Below are positions 10,641 through 20,774 of a DNA stretch of 64,000 nt, in pieces. Within the stretch, counting starts at the first letter, position 1, and the number at the start of each line of letters is the position of its first letter. Below the pieces are notes generated by a model, which searched no databases, had not been told where the DNA came from, and saw nothing but the letters and a program-made list of their open reading frames with translations. Both the position numbers and the translations under genes were made by a program. This DNA comes from an uncultured cyanobacterium (lineage in GTDB: Bacteria > Cyanobacteriota > Cyanobacteriia > Cyanobacteriales > Nostocaceae): positions 4,416,001 through 4,480,000 of the forward strand of contig OY970166.1 in NCBI GenBank assembly GCA_963706595.1, given 5' to 3'.

Positions 10641-12221
10641 ATGTACACAACAAATCAACCCGATCCAGTTCGCTTAGAAATCTTCAAAAACCTGTATCAA
10701 TTTATCGCAGAACAAATGGGGATTATTCTCCAGAACACAGCAGCATCGGTAAACATCAAAGAACGCCTCGATTTCTCCTGCGCTATTTTTGACACTTCGG
10801 GGTTATTAGTAGCCAACGCTCCCCATATTCCTGTACATTTAGGCTCAATGAGTGAAAGTGTCCGCAGCTTAATTAACGATAAAGGCGACACCATTCAACC
10901 CGGAAATGTTTACCTATCTAATAATCCCTACAACGGAGGAACTCACCTTCCCGATGTTACAGCTATTACCCCTGTTTTCCTCGAATATAATACTTCATCC
11001 CCTACTCCCCACTCACCATTCGCCACTCCCCTGTTTTACGTTGCTTCTCGTGGACACCAAGCCGATATCGGTGGAATTACACCCGGTTCCATGCCTCCCC
11101 ACAGCACCACAGTAGACGAAGAAGGCATTTTATTTGATAACTTCCTCTTAGTTAAACAAGGAAAATTCCAAGAAACTTCAGTAAGAGAAATCCTCGCAAA
11201 TCATCCCTATCCGGCGCGTAACCCTGACCAAAATATAGCTGATTTCAAAGCTCAAATTGCTGCCAATGAAAGAGGAGTGCAAGAACTCCGAAAAATGGTT
11301 GCTCAATACGGCATTGAAACAGTGCAGTCTTACATGAATTTTGTGCAAGACAATGCGGAAGAAGCAGTAAGACGAGCCATAAATCTGCTCAAAGATGGCT
11401 CTTTTAGTTATGCAATGGATAATGGGGCAGAAATTAAAGTTACAGTCACAATTGACAAAGAAAACCGCAGTGCAATAATTGATTTTACTGGCACATCTCC
11501 ACAAATAAATAGTAACTTTAATGCTCCCAAAGCTGTAACTCAAGCCGCAGTTTTATATGTCTTCCGCACTTTAGTTGATGATAATATTCCCCTCAATGCT
11601 GGGTGTCTTAAACCTCTAGAAATCATTATTCCCGTTGGCTGTATGCTTAACCCCACATATCCCGCCGCAGTGGTAGCCGGTAACGTGGAAACCTCCCAAA
11701 CCATTGTCGATGCTTTATATGGTGCATTGGGTGTCATGGCTGGTTCTCAGGGAACTATGAATAATTTTACCTTTGGAAATCAGCGTTATCAATATTATGA
11801 AACCATCTGCGGTGGTTCTGGCGCAGGAGCTTATTTTGATGGTACTGATGCAGTGCATACCCACATGACTAACTCCCGATTAACTGACCCCGAAGTTTTA
11901 GAAACCCGTTATCCTGTATTAGTAGAAAGCTTTAGTCTGCGTCCTGATAGCGGCGGTAAAGGTAAACATTCCGGTGGTGATGGTGTAATTCGCCGCATTC
12001 GGTTTTTAGAACCCATGACAGCCAATATTCTCTCTAGCCATCGCTTAGTTCCTCCCTTTGCATTAAATGGAGGGGAACCAGGAGAAGTAGGACGCAACTG
12101 GATAGAACGTCAAGACGGAACCCAGGAGAATTTAGACAGTACCGCCACCGTAGAAATGCAGCCAGGGGATGTTTTTGTGATTGAAACCCCTGGGGGAGGA
12201 GGGTTTGGATGTGTTGCTTAG
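10641..12221 (+). CDS. Hydantoinase B/5-oxoprolinase subunit
   Basis: NIKERLDFSCA, HIPVHLGSM, GGTHLPD, ETPGGGG. Confidence 0.9.
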   Translation: MYTTNQPDPVRLEIFKNLYQFIAEQMGIILQNTAASVNIKERLDFSCAIFDTSGLLVANAPHIPVHLGSMSESVRSLINDKGDTIQPGNVYLSNNPYNGGTHLPDVTAITPVFLEYNTSSPTPHSPFATPLFYVASRGHQADIGGITPGSMPPHSTTVDEEGILFDNFLLVKQGKFQETSVREILANHPYPARNPDQNIADFKAQIAANERGVQELRKMVAQYGIETVQSYMNFVQDNAEEAVRRAINLLKDGSFSYAMDNGAEIKVTVTIDKENRSAIIDFTGTSPQINSNFNAPKAVTQAAVLYVFRTLVDDNIPLNAGCLKPLEIIIPVGCMLNPTYPAAVVAGNVETSQTIVDALYGALGVMAGSQGTMNNFTFGNQRYQYYETICGGSGAGAYFDGTDAVHTHMTNSRLTDPEVLETRYPVLVESFSLRPDSGGKGKHSGGDGVIRRIRFLEPMTANILSSHRLVPPFALNGGEPGEVGRNWIERQDGTQENLDSTATVEMQPGDVFVIETPGGGGFGCVA

Positions 12222-12244
12222 ATATACTGATGACGAATTACGAA

Positions 12245-12835
12245 TTAATTAACCACTTGGCTTCCATGACTACGGGGATCATCTTGATTGTTGGCGGGTG
12301 TAACGGGAGCGCGAAATTGGGAAACTTGTCCGCTAGTTTTAGCATAGGGTAAGGAGGAACCAGCCACCAACGCGTCTAAGTTACTAGCCATGACTGTATG
12401 GGGTTGGTCGCCGATGGTTTGGGCGATGCTTTCCCCATCTTTAGCTAAAAATACAAAGTGAGGAATCCCATCTACTCGATATTTCAGCATTTCGGGTAGC
12501 CATTTGGTGTTGTCTACGTTCAACATCACAAAGTTTACTTTGTCCGCATACTGCTGTTCGAGTTCGGCGATATCAGGAGCCATTTTTTGGCAGACTGTAC
12601 ACCAGTTAGCGTAAAACTCGACTATTGAGGGTTTACCGTTGCTAATGGCTATTTCTAGGGGTGTGGATGTTTGATCTAAGTCGGCTAAAGAGGTGGAATT
12701 TGTTTCTGTTCTCAATCCTAAGACTAAAGCTACACTCAGAGCGATCGCCACTATAGCAATTAAGAAGTTTCTCACCCTCCTCCCAGTTGTGGTTTCAGGC
12801 TTAGGGGTAGAATTGATAGGGGTTTCTGTAGTCAT
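12245..12835 (-). CDS. txlA: Thiol:disulfide interchange protein TxlA-like
   Basis: TM anchor plus thioredoxin domain with WCTVC. Confidence 0.8.
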   Translation of the reverse strand: MTTETPINSTPKPETTTGRRVRNFLIAIVAIALSVALVLGLRTETNSTSLADLDQTSTPLEIAISNGKPSIVEFYANWCTVCQKMAPDIAELEQQYADKVNFVMLNVDNTKWLPEMLKYRVDGIPHFVFLAKDGESIAQTIGDQPHTVMASNLDALVAGSSLPYAKTSGQVSQFRAPVTPANNQDDPRSHGSQVVN

Positions 12836-12949
12836 AGGAAATTTATTAAAACTTATTAAGTATTGTCACTCTTTAGTTTAACGTTTTCTGCTTCTGCGGC
12901 TTTTGCAAGTCACACTAAGCTAGAACAGAAACTACTCTCTGCTAAAGCT

Positions 12950-13354
12950 GTGAAAAAACGAGTTACCCTGACTTTTCCCAAACGTGCGATTCAAATGCCG
13001 GTGACTTACCTACTGGCAAAGGAATTTAACGTGGCTGCAAATATTATCCGCGCCCAAGTTGCACCAAATCAAATTGGTAAACTGGTGGTAGAATTATCAG
13101 GAGATATTGATCGGTTAAATGAAGCTATTGAGTGGATGCGATCGCGTCATATCAATGTTTCCCATAACTTAGGTGAAATTGTCATTGATGAAGATGTCTG
13201 TGTCCACTGTGGTTTGTGTACTGGGGTTTGTCCGACAGAAGCCCTGACTTTGCACCCAGAAACATTCAAATTGACATTCACGCGATCGCGCTGTATTGTC
13301 TGTGAGCAATGTATTCCTACTTGTCCAGTACAAGCAATTTCCACGAATCTCTAA
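12950..13354 (+). CDS. NIL-domain / 2x[4Fe-4S] ferredoxin
   Basis: Likely GTG start at 12950 (MKKRVTLTF). NIL domain; CVHCGLCTGVCP and CIVCEQCIPTCP. Confidence 0.85.
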   Translation: MKKRVTLTFPKRAIQMPVTYLLAKEFNVAANIIRAQVAPNQIGKLVVELSGDIDRLNEAIEWMRSRHINVSHNLGEIVIDEDVCVHCGLCTGVCPTEALTLHPETFKLTFTRSRCIVCEQCIPTCPVQAISTNL

Positions 13355-13355
13355 T

Positions 13356-14126
13356 TTAGAAGAATAGTTTAAATCGTCCTAACTGAGTTTCAATAGCTCC
13401 AGTGATCATTTTATTCAGTTCTGTACTATCTTGAAATTGCAAAATTTGTTGTGTGGGCAAATCAAAGGGAAATTCACCCTCAAAGTCTGGGTGTTGCATC
13501 TGTGCTAACAAAATTTGTTCAGCCCGCTTACTTTGCATAGCATAGCCAATCTCCACACAGACATTGGGACTAGGAATTAATTGATTATTTTCTTTCCCAG
13601 AAATGCTCGCAATGGGTGTAGTATCAGCGATAAACAACAAACTCCTGCGGATTCTTCTCATAATAGCATGGCTGAGTCTGATGGGAGCATGACTAGGGCG
13701 GTAAGCTTCTACTAATGTTAAAGGCAGACGCGATCGCTTGTTCAAAGACTCTAAACTTTTTTGTAGTTCCTCTCTTAAGGCATCACTTGCTGGTACATAC
13801 TCAGTTTGGGAACATAAAAAAATCGTTGGTTCTAACTGAGCTAATAATGCTTGTTTGGTGAAATAAATTTCATGACTAATTAAGTCAATGTTAGCTACAC
13901 AATAGCCGCCACTACCTTCAATATAAAATTCAATATTTTCGCCTTCTAAATAACGCCCAAACCAAGTTGATTGTCTAACATGGTCAATATCTTCCAGAAA
14001 GTCCGCTCTTAATGCTGATTTCAGCAGACTTTTTTTACTGAGGCGAATGTCTGGCGGACGTTTTTCCAGTTCTGCAATCGGCTCATAATCTTGAATGTAC
14101 CAGGCTCTGAGCGCAATAATTGACAT
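13356..14126 (-). CDS. Conserved hypothetical protein with C-terminal TIR/NDT-like motif
   Basis: 256-aa ORF; FIADTTP...SPNVCVEIGYA. Confidence 0.6.
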   Translation of the reverse strand: MSIIALRAWYIQDYEPIAELEKRPPDIRLSKKSLLKSALRADFLEDIDHVRQSTWFGRYLEGENIEFYIEGSGGYCVANIDLISHEIYFTKQALLAQLEPTIFLCSQTEYVPASDALREELQKSLESLNKRSRLPLTLVEAYRPSHAPIRLSHAIMRRIRRSLLFIADTTPIASISGKENNQLIPSPNVCVEIGYAMQSKRAEQILLAQMQHPDFEGEFPFDLPTQQILQFQDSTELNKMITGAIETQLGRFKLFF

Positions 14127-14659
14127 AAGGCGCTATTTCAAATTTCTTTGACTATTTAACATCGTCATTAGCTTACACCCAAATGTAGCAATTTAAACAA
14201 CAACACCCAAACTTCTACTAGCTTTAATGATTTCCTCATTTTGTTTATTCTATCCAGGGATGTCATCAGTTACATCACCTTAAACAAGCAATGAAAACCA
14301 ATTACAGCGCCCCCTAATTTTCAATATTTGAGGAAATATTAGCGTTTGCGTTGGGTGTTGTTGGGTTCAGACGAGACAGACATGAGTTAAACAGCGTTTT
14401 TACCTCTTCTTCTATTACAGATTTAGCTGTTGCATCTGCCAGGAAAGCTTTGTAGCTTCAATTATCAGATTAGCACTTAACAGATGAGCCTGGAAATTTT
14501 TGCAACTAAACTTTACTTATTATCCTCACAAAAGTAAATATATGTCGAAGTTAACTCTCTAGTTAAATGCTTTATTGATTAATTTCTGTTAACCTGCTGT
14601 GTTGTGATCTTTTCTCCATGGCTAAATATTTGATCAAACAGCCCAAACATAGATGAAAA

Positions 14660-14782
14660 TATAGGGCTTCTATTTGATTTCTGAACATCAATACAACTCA
14701 AAATGGCTTTTTCCCACTCCCCACTCCCCACTCCCCACTCCCCACCTACGCAAGCTATCAAAAATTAAAGCGGATTACTATA
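14660..14782. mobile_element. MITE-like dispersed repeat containing an STRR (CCCCACT) array
   Basis: TATA-bounded. Reverse complement closely resembles 27325-27426 and 33477-33592. Internal CCCCACT tandem at 14712-14745. Confidence 0.6.
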
Positions 14783-14784
14783 GC

Positions 14785-17544
14785 TCAGAAACTATTTACC
14801 TTTTGAGCAGCATTCATCTGACGAAAACCTTTCAGAGGAATCTCAATCAAAAATTCTGTACCTTTCCTTATTTCTGAGATACACTCCATTGAGCCACCAT
14901 GTTTCTCCACCACAATCTGATAACTAATTGCTAGTCCTAGTCCTGTACCCTTACCAACTGACTTGGTGGTAAAAAACGGGTCAAAAATTCGCTTTTGGAC
15001 TTCTTTCTTCATGCCCATACCGTTATCAGCAAAGCGAATTAACAAATGGGATTGGTCTGTGGAAATTTGAGTAGAAATCCAAATTGTAGGTTGAGGAAGA
15101 GAATTTTGGATCTTCATCACGATTCTCGATTCTTCTAAGGCATCGATAGCATTGCTGAGAATATTCATAAATACCTGATTCATCTGACCAGCAAAACATT
15201 CTATGCGGGGCAAATCGCCATAATTTTTAATTATTTCCACACTAGTGAGATTGGCACTTGCTTTGATCCGATGTTGTAAAATTAATAAAGTATTGTCGAT
15301 ACCTTCATGGATATTAACAGGCTTGTTCTCCGCCTCATCCAACCGGGAAAAGTTGCGTAAGGATAAGACGATTGAACGGATTCGATCAGTCCCAATTTGC
15401 ATTGAGGAAATAGTTTTTGGTAAATCTTCTACCAAAAAGTCTAAATCAATCACTTCAATTAATGAGTGAATTTGATCATGGGGGTGGGGATAGTGCAATT
15501 TATAAAGGTCTAATAGTTCCAGTAGTTGTTGGATATAGTCATTGGCGTGGGATAGGTTGCCGTAGATAAAGTTAACTGGGTTGTTGATTTCGTGGGCTAC
15601 ACCTGCTACTAACTGCCCTAAACTAGACATTTTTTCAGTTTGAATCAATTGAGACTGGGTTTCTTGCAGTTCCAACAAAGCTTTTTCTAATTGTGCAGCT
15701 TTAGCCTTGGCTTTAATTTCGGCATTACAGCTTTTTTCGTAGAGTTCGGCTTGTTGAATGGCGATGGCGGCTTGATCTGCTAGCCGTTGCAATAAATCAA
15801 TTTCTGTATCCTGCCAGTTTCTGGGAGCATGACATTGATGGGCAATCAGTAACCCCCAGAGTTCCTGACTAATTTTGATCGGCACAACTAAGTTAGCTTG
15901 CACTTGGATATTTTGCAAAAATTCTCGATTGCAATCACTTAAGGACTCTGTGGAAACATTATTAATGGCTCTAGTTTTGCCCCGAAAGTATAAACGCGCC
16001 ATCTCATCAGGGAAGCATTCTAGCGGTGCGTTCATTCCTAACACCGACGGCCATTCGCCATTGATATCTTCTACTGTCACCTCTCCACCAAATTCTCCCA
16101 TTAGTTGATAAATTATTACTCGGTCTGCATTTAGCAGGGGTCGGACTTCCTGAACAATGGCTTGTAAAGTAGCTTTCAAATCCAAGCTACTGCGAATTTG
16201 CTCTGTAACTTGCTTGATTACCTTGGTAAGCCGTAATGATTTTTCTAGTTCAGCAGTTTGTTCTTTTACGCGAGATTCTAAGTTGGTATTCAGCGTCTGT
16301 ACCTGTTCGTACATTTGCTGCTGATGAATTGCCATAGAAAAGTGATAGGACAAAGCTTTTGCCAAGGAAATTTCTTCGGGTTTCCATTCGGGTGCTTCTC
16401 CCTTTCTTTCTTCTCGCCAAAGTTCAAAGGAAAGTCGAGGTAGTCTTTGGCGCTGATTGGAATCATGCCGTCCAGCCCACAAAATTTCGCTATCATATCC
16501 AGGGCGAAAAATGCTCATTACAGCCAGAAAATTTTGGCGGTCATAGAGAGGAATCACAAGGAGTCCGCGAATCTGAGTTGGTTGGAATGCAGTCGCCAAA
16601 ACTCGCAAACGTGGTTCTTTGTAGAGGTCAGTAATTGCCCCAATATGACTCGGTTCAAATTCTGAGATCCAGTTTTGCCAGACTGGGTGTTGTTCAATGG
16701 CGGTGTTTTCTAACTGATAGGGTAGTTGCGGCTGTTCGCCTGATGTGTATGTTTCACCAGTTTCAGCAATGTAGATTCTCCCGCCGATGCTACTGAATGC
16801 GGTGATCACTTCTTCTAGTGCATCTTGTAATTGGATTGTGGGGAGTTGATGCAGCAGTGTGGTGATTCTGTTAATTGTGGCTTCTCGCTTTTGCTGGGTC
16901 CGGGCTTCGGTGAGTAAGTTACTTTGAGCGATCGCAATCATCACCTGATCCGCAACTTGTTGTACTACTTTGAGTTCCCGCTTCAAAATCGTGCGCGGTT
17001 GGCTGTGATGCGAAACTAACAACCCCCACAATTGTCGCTTTGCTGGGGTCACGGCTGGGTCGTCATGTAATATTGGTACAACCAGTGAAGACTGTACGCC
17101 CATTGATTTTAAGTATTGAATATGACAGGGGTCTACCTGCCGATAGTGAATATGATCTGTTTGGATAGATTTGCCGCTTTCTTTTGACTTGAGTGGTGAT
17201 AGTCCGATTTTTCCCCCAGCGACATCGACTATGGAACGTTGCCGTGCTGTCACAAACATCTCTTTAGCTTCTGAGGGGATATCATCGGCTGGGAAGTGTA
17301 ACCCTAATAGCGATGGTAGACGCTGTTCATGAATAGATTCGGCGATCACTTCACCGCTACTATCCGCGTCAAATCGATACACCATTACTCGGTCTGTAGC
17401 CAAAAATAAGCGCACTTCGTCAACTGTAGCTGCTAATATCTCTTGCAGTTCAAGCGATCGCCTAATCTGGTTTGTGATCCGATGCAATAAATTTTCCTGG
17501 TTGAAAATTGGCTGCACATCGTTGGACTTTTCAGTAAATTCCAT
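14785..17544 (-). CDS. Knotless phytochrome/cyanobacteriochrome histidine kinase (GAF-PHY-GAF-HK; AphC-like)
   Basis: GAF1 HFPADDIP and VDPCH (bilin Cys); PRLSF tongue motif; GAF3 with ECF and SDC cysteines; HisKA AHEINNP; HATPase GKGTGLGL. Confidence 0.85.
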   Translation of the reverse strand: MEFTEKSNDVQPIFNQENLLHRITNQIRRSLELQEILAATVDEVRLFLATDRVMVYRFDADSSGEVIAESIHEQRLPSLLGLHFPADDIPSEAKEMFVTARQRSIVDVAGGKIGLSPLKSKESGKSIQTDHIHYRQVDPCHIQYLKSMGVQSSLVVPILHDDPAVTPAKRQLWGLLVSHHSQPRTILKRELKVVQQVADQVMIAIAQSNLLTEARTQQKREATINRITTLLHQLPTIQLQDALEEVITAFSSIGGRIYIAETGETYTSGEQPQLPYQLENTAIEQHPVWQNWISEFEPSHIGAITDLYKEPRLRVLATAFQPTQIRGLLVIPLYDRQNFLAVMSIFRPGYDSEILWAGRHDSNQRQRLPRLSFELWREERKGEAPEWKPEEISLAKALSYHFSMAIHQQQMYEQVQTLNTNLESRVKEQTAELEKSLRLTKVIKQVTEQIRSSLDLKATLQAIVQEVRPLLNADRVIIYQLMGEFGGEVTVEDINGEWPSVLGMNAPLECFPDEMARLYFRGKTRAINNVSTESLSDCNREFLQNIQVQANLVVPIKISQELWGLLIAHQCHAPRNWQDTEIDLLQRLADQAAIAIQQAELYEKSCNAEIKAKAKAAQLEKALLELQETQSQLIQTEKMSSLGQLVAGVAHEINNPVNFIYGNLSHANDYIQQLLELLDLYKLHYPHPHDQIHSLIEVIDLDFLVEDLPKTISSMQIGTDRIRSIVLSLRNFSRLDEAENKPVNIHEGIDNTLLILQHRIKASANLTSVEIIKNYGDLPRIECFAGQMNQVFMNILSNAIDALEESRIVMKIQNSLPQPTIWISTQISTDQSHLLIRFADNGMGMKKEVQKRIFDPFFTTKSVGKGTGLGLAISYQIVVEKHGGSMECISEIRKGTEFLIEIPLKGFRQMNAAQKVNSF

Positions 17545-17869
17545 TGCTGGTACATTTAAAATGATACATTGAATTGGAAAAAATCTTTGTCAATAATTGC
17601 CAGTAGCAGTCGTCATTTTTACGGCTCTAAAGTTAAGAAAAGGTTATTATTAATAACTTAATCTTATATCTTCGATATCAAAATGTATATAGTAAAATTA
17701 TGCAGTGGAAAAAATTTCAACAGATTATTGATAATCATTATCAAATTTCATGAAAGTTAACATTAGTAGATATTAGTTAAGTAATTTCACTTACGAACTT
17801 TCCTAAAAATTTTTAATCTGGGAGAATGTTGTCATTCCCCAGCCACAGCCAATATTTAATTACTTCTAA

Positions 17870-18382
17870 TTAATCTAACTTACTTTCTCTAGAAATTACC
17901 GTGAAAACTCGCGATTGGAGAATTTCTGCACGTACACCCATGAGAATTTTGCCAAGATGATTTTGACCAGTTTTTTCAGCCCCACAGCCCCAAAAATAAT
18001 CATTTGGCGAATTTTCCACCAGCGTCTCATTACCAGTGGCGATCAGAATTTCTTTAATCTCCAGATGAGTGAGAAACTTTTTGAATACAGCTTCTCGCAT
18101 AACTTTAGTTTTGACCATTTCCCAGTCTGGACGAAGTTGGCGAGTCCGGCAACGCCCCAAAGCCGCAGCTGCTTCTGGGGTTTCGGCGGACTGGATAACG
18201 GGTATAATTCCGGCATCGACACTACCGACAAACTTTTGCGCTTGATAATAATGTTCCACGGTTGGCCAATAAGTATCCTGAATTTGGATGCCGTGGCCAG
18301 AAAAGTTAGAAAAACAGCCATAAGGCTGCCAAACCTTGTAAAAGTATATAGTCATTTGAAAATTGCTCTTTATATATATCAA
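17870..18382 (-). CDS. NADAR (YbiA-like) N-glycosidase
   Basis: FSNFS, WPTVEHYYQAQKF, DYFWG, GQNHLGKILM. Confidence 0.9.
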   Translation of the reverse strand: MIYIKSNFQMTIYFYKVWQPYGCFSNFSGHGIQIQDTYWPTVEHYYQAQKFVGSVDAGIIPVIQSAETPEAAAALGRCRTRQLRPDWEMVKTKVMREAVFKKFLTHLEIKEILIATGNETLVENSPNDYFWGCGAEKTGQNHLGKILMGVRAEILQSRVFTVISRESKLD

Positions 18383-18503
18383 TCTCTATGATGCCTGTAG
18401 ATGCTAGCAAGAAGTTGTCAACTTTAGGCTGAAAGCTAGCACTTGTCTCCAGACAGAAGATATTACTGGAACAAAAATTATATTGTGGTAAAAAACTCTG
18501 TCT

Positions 18504-19010
18504 GTGAGGTTGACAATGGAGGTCAAGAGTGAAAATGTTGCTCGCCCTATGCCGTTGATTCTTGCCGGGATTTTCCTGGGAATGGGTTTAGGCGGCTTCC
18601 TGGATGGTATAGTGCTGCATCAAATTCTACAATGGCATCATATGTTAAGCAATATTCGTCCTTTAAAAACTGTCTCCAATATTGATTTGAACATGGTTTG
18701 GGACGGCTTGTTTCATGCCTTTGATTGGGTAATGACCGTGGTAGGAGTGGCGTTACTGTGGCGCGCTGGAGGTCGTGCAGATGTTCCTTGGTCAACAAAT
18801 ACCTTTGTGGGTTCTTTGCTGATAGGTGCAGGCTTATTCAATTTTGTGGAAGGACTAATTGACCACCAAATTTTGGGTATTCACCATCTGAAACCAGGTC
18901 CAAATCAGTTAGTGTGGGATTTGGGATTTCTCTTGTTTGGCTTGCTCATGGTTGTAGTCGGTGGAATCATGCTCAAAAATCACAATAAATATCTCCGACA
19001 AAGAATATAG
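18504..19010 (+). CDS. DUF2243 membrane protein
   Basis: GFLDGIVLHQILQWHHM, DGLFH, DHQILGIHH. Confidence 0.85.
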   Translation: MRLTMEVKSENVARPMPLILAGIFLGMGLGGFLDGIVLHQILQWHHMLSNIRPLKTVSNIDLNMVWDGLFHAFDWVMTVVGVALLWRAGGRADVPWSTNTFVGSLLIGAGLFNFVEGLIDHQILGIHHLKPGPNQLVWDLGFLLFGLLMVVVGGIMLKNHNKYLRQRI

Positions 19011-19209
19011 ATTCATAATTTTTGCCGAAAAGTAGCGATAATGGCGAAAGTATCCAAGAAAATTATTTTTTATGACCTGTTGCAGTTGATACACCACCCT
19101 ACACCTGATATCTAGTGCAAACGATGGTTACTGCCAGACGAGTTTATTTGTGATTGTTTTGAGGGATAGCGATCGCCTTGATCCTATCCTTTTTCTTTCG
19201 CCCACTATT

Positions 19210-19797
19210 TTATTCTTCATTTAATTCAACATTGACGCGGTGATAAATTTCACTTAAGGCAATTTGAAAGTCAAGAGCATCCATTACTAAAACTGCATTT
19301 TCTCCTTCATATTCTTTAAAAAGCCATTGCCCTTCTGTCTGTTTAACAAATTGCTCAACTGCAAAACTATACTGGTCAATCATAATATATTCTTCAAATC
19401 CAGCTAGAGAACGATAATATTTAAATTTATCTATTTTGTCATAATTTTTAGTGGAATTTGATAAGACCTCAACTATTAATAACGGGTTAGTAATAGTTGT
19501 TGTTCCCGTTCCTTGATATATAGGCTGACCTTTAACAACCATAATATCAGGATATGTATAGATCCGATACTGAGGTATCCATAATTTCACATCACCAATG
19601 TAGATTTCGTAATCTTGCTCTGCAATTGTTAAAGGAAATCTTTTATAAAAATTACCTGCAATTTTATTATGGTTAGTTGTTCCGCCTGTCATCGGGATAA
19701 TTTCTCCATTTCGATATTCATTTTTGTATTCAGCTTGCTCTTCTAAGTCCAAATATTCTGCGGGAGTGTAATAGCGATTTTCTGTTTTTAAAACCAT
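19210..19797 (-). CDS. Uma2 family (DUF820) PD-(D/E)xK endonuclease-like protein
   Basis: EYRNGEIIPMTGG, YPDIMVV, IVEVLS.STKNYD. Confidence 0.9.
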   Translation of the reverse strand: MVLKTENRYYTPAEYLDLEEQAEYKNEYRNGEIIPMTGGTTNHNKIAGNFYKRFPLTIAEQDYEIYIGDVKLWIPQYRIYTYPDIMVVKGQPIYQGTGTTTITNPLLIVEVLSNSTKNYDKIDKFKYYRSLAGFEEYIMIDQYSFAVEQFVKQTEGQWLFKEYEGENAVLVMDALDFQIALSEIYHRVNVELNEE

Positions 19798-19859
19798 ATT
19801 AATTTACCCATGTCATGTGTCAATTTGGTGCGTTAACAATAGCGTAACGCACCTGAAGA

Positions 19860-20732
19860 TTACTCAACAAATTTTGGTCTGGCTTTTCCGGTTGACTGTA
19901 ACTTTAATTCTAAAGCTGCCCAATCTGACTGCTCAATCAAGTTAGTTAATTCATCAAGTTTTTGGCGATATTGTTGTAATGAACTCAGCAAGGCTTGGCG
20001 GTTATACTGAGCCATCATTACCCCTAATTGGGGATTACCACCACCGACACGGCTGGTATCTCGAAAACCTGAACTCGCGAGATTTTGGGCTAATTGCAGC
20101 ACTTGCTCATCAGCTTCACCCATGCAAGTAGCAATTAAGGACGAGCTGACCATTACGGGTAAATGGGAAATTAAACTCACAGCGCGGTCATGTTCTTGTG
20201 GCTGGCAATAATAAAGATTCGCCCCAAGCGATCGCACAATTTCTTCTACTAGTGAAATCGCTGTCTTTGGTGTTGTATAATCTGGTGTAAGAACATAGGG
20301 TTTACCCAGAAACAAATGCCGTTGCGCCGCTTCTATGCCACTATCTGCTGTTCCCGCCATCGGATGACCACCAACGAAATTCTCCCACAAAGGAGCGATC
20401 GCCTGAACTATGGGTGCTTTGACTGAACCAACATCAGTGATTACAGTAGTTACAGGCAAATGATTAATTAACTGCTGTAATTGGGGAATAATAAGCGCAA
20501 TAGGTGTACAAATAAAAACAACCTCTGCGGCTGCTAACAGGCTCATGTCAACAGATGCTTCATCGACGCTACCTAAAGCGATCGCTCTAGAACAGGTAGA
20601 CGGACGGCGACTGACTCCTAAAACATGATGACCAAGCGATCGCAAATCATAACCCAAAGAGCCACCTATCAGTCCCAGTCCTAAAATACCAATTTTCATT
20701 TTTTTTGATTTTGACATACGTATTTTCTGCAT
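19860..20732 (-). CDS. tyrA: Prephenate/arogenate dehydrogenase
   Basis: GLGLIGGS, DVGSVK, GGHPMAG, HD...SHLP, GFRDTSR. Confidence 0.9.
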   Translation of the reverse strand: MQKIRMSKSKKMKIGILGLGLIGGSLGYDLRSLGHHVLGVSRRPSTCSRAIALGSVDEASVDMSLLAAAEVVFICTPIALIIPQLQQLINHLPVTTVITDVGSVKAPIVQAIAPLWENFVGGHPMAGTADSGIEAAQRHLFLGKPYVLTPDYTTPKTAISLVEEIVRSLGANLYYCQPQEHDRAVSLISHLPVMVSSSLIATCMGEADEQVLQLAQNLASSGFRDTSRVGGGNPQLGVMMAQYNRQALLSSLQQYRQKLDELTNLIEQSDWAALELKLQSTGKARPKFVE

Positions 20733-20774
20733 ACTTTACCAACTATTAAAGTTGGTATCTAAGGAATTACATTC

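Noticed and set aside
17870..19797. NADAR plus Uma2 genes as a defence island
   Set aside because: Both are common stand-alone genes in cyanobacteria; no DarT or other partner is adjacent.
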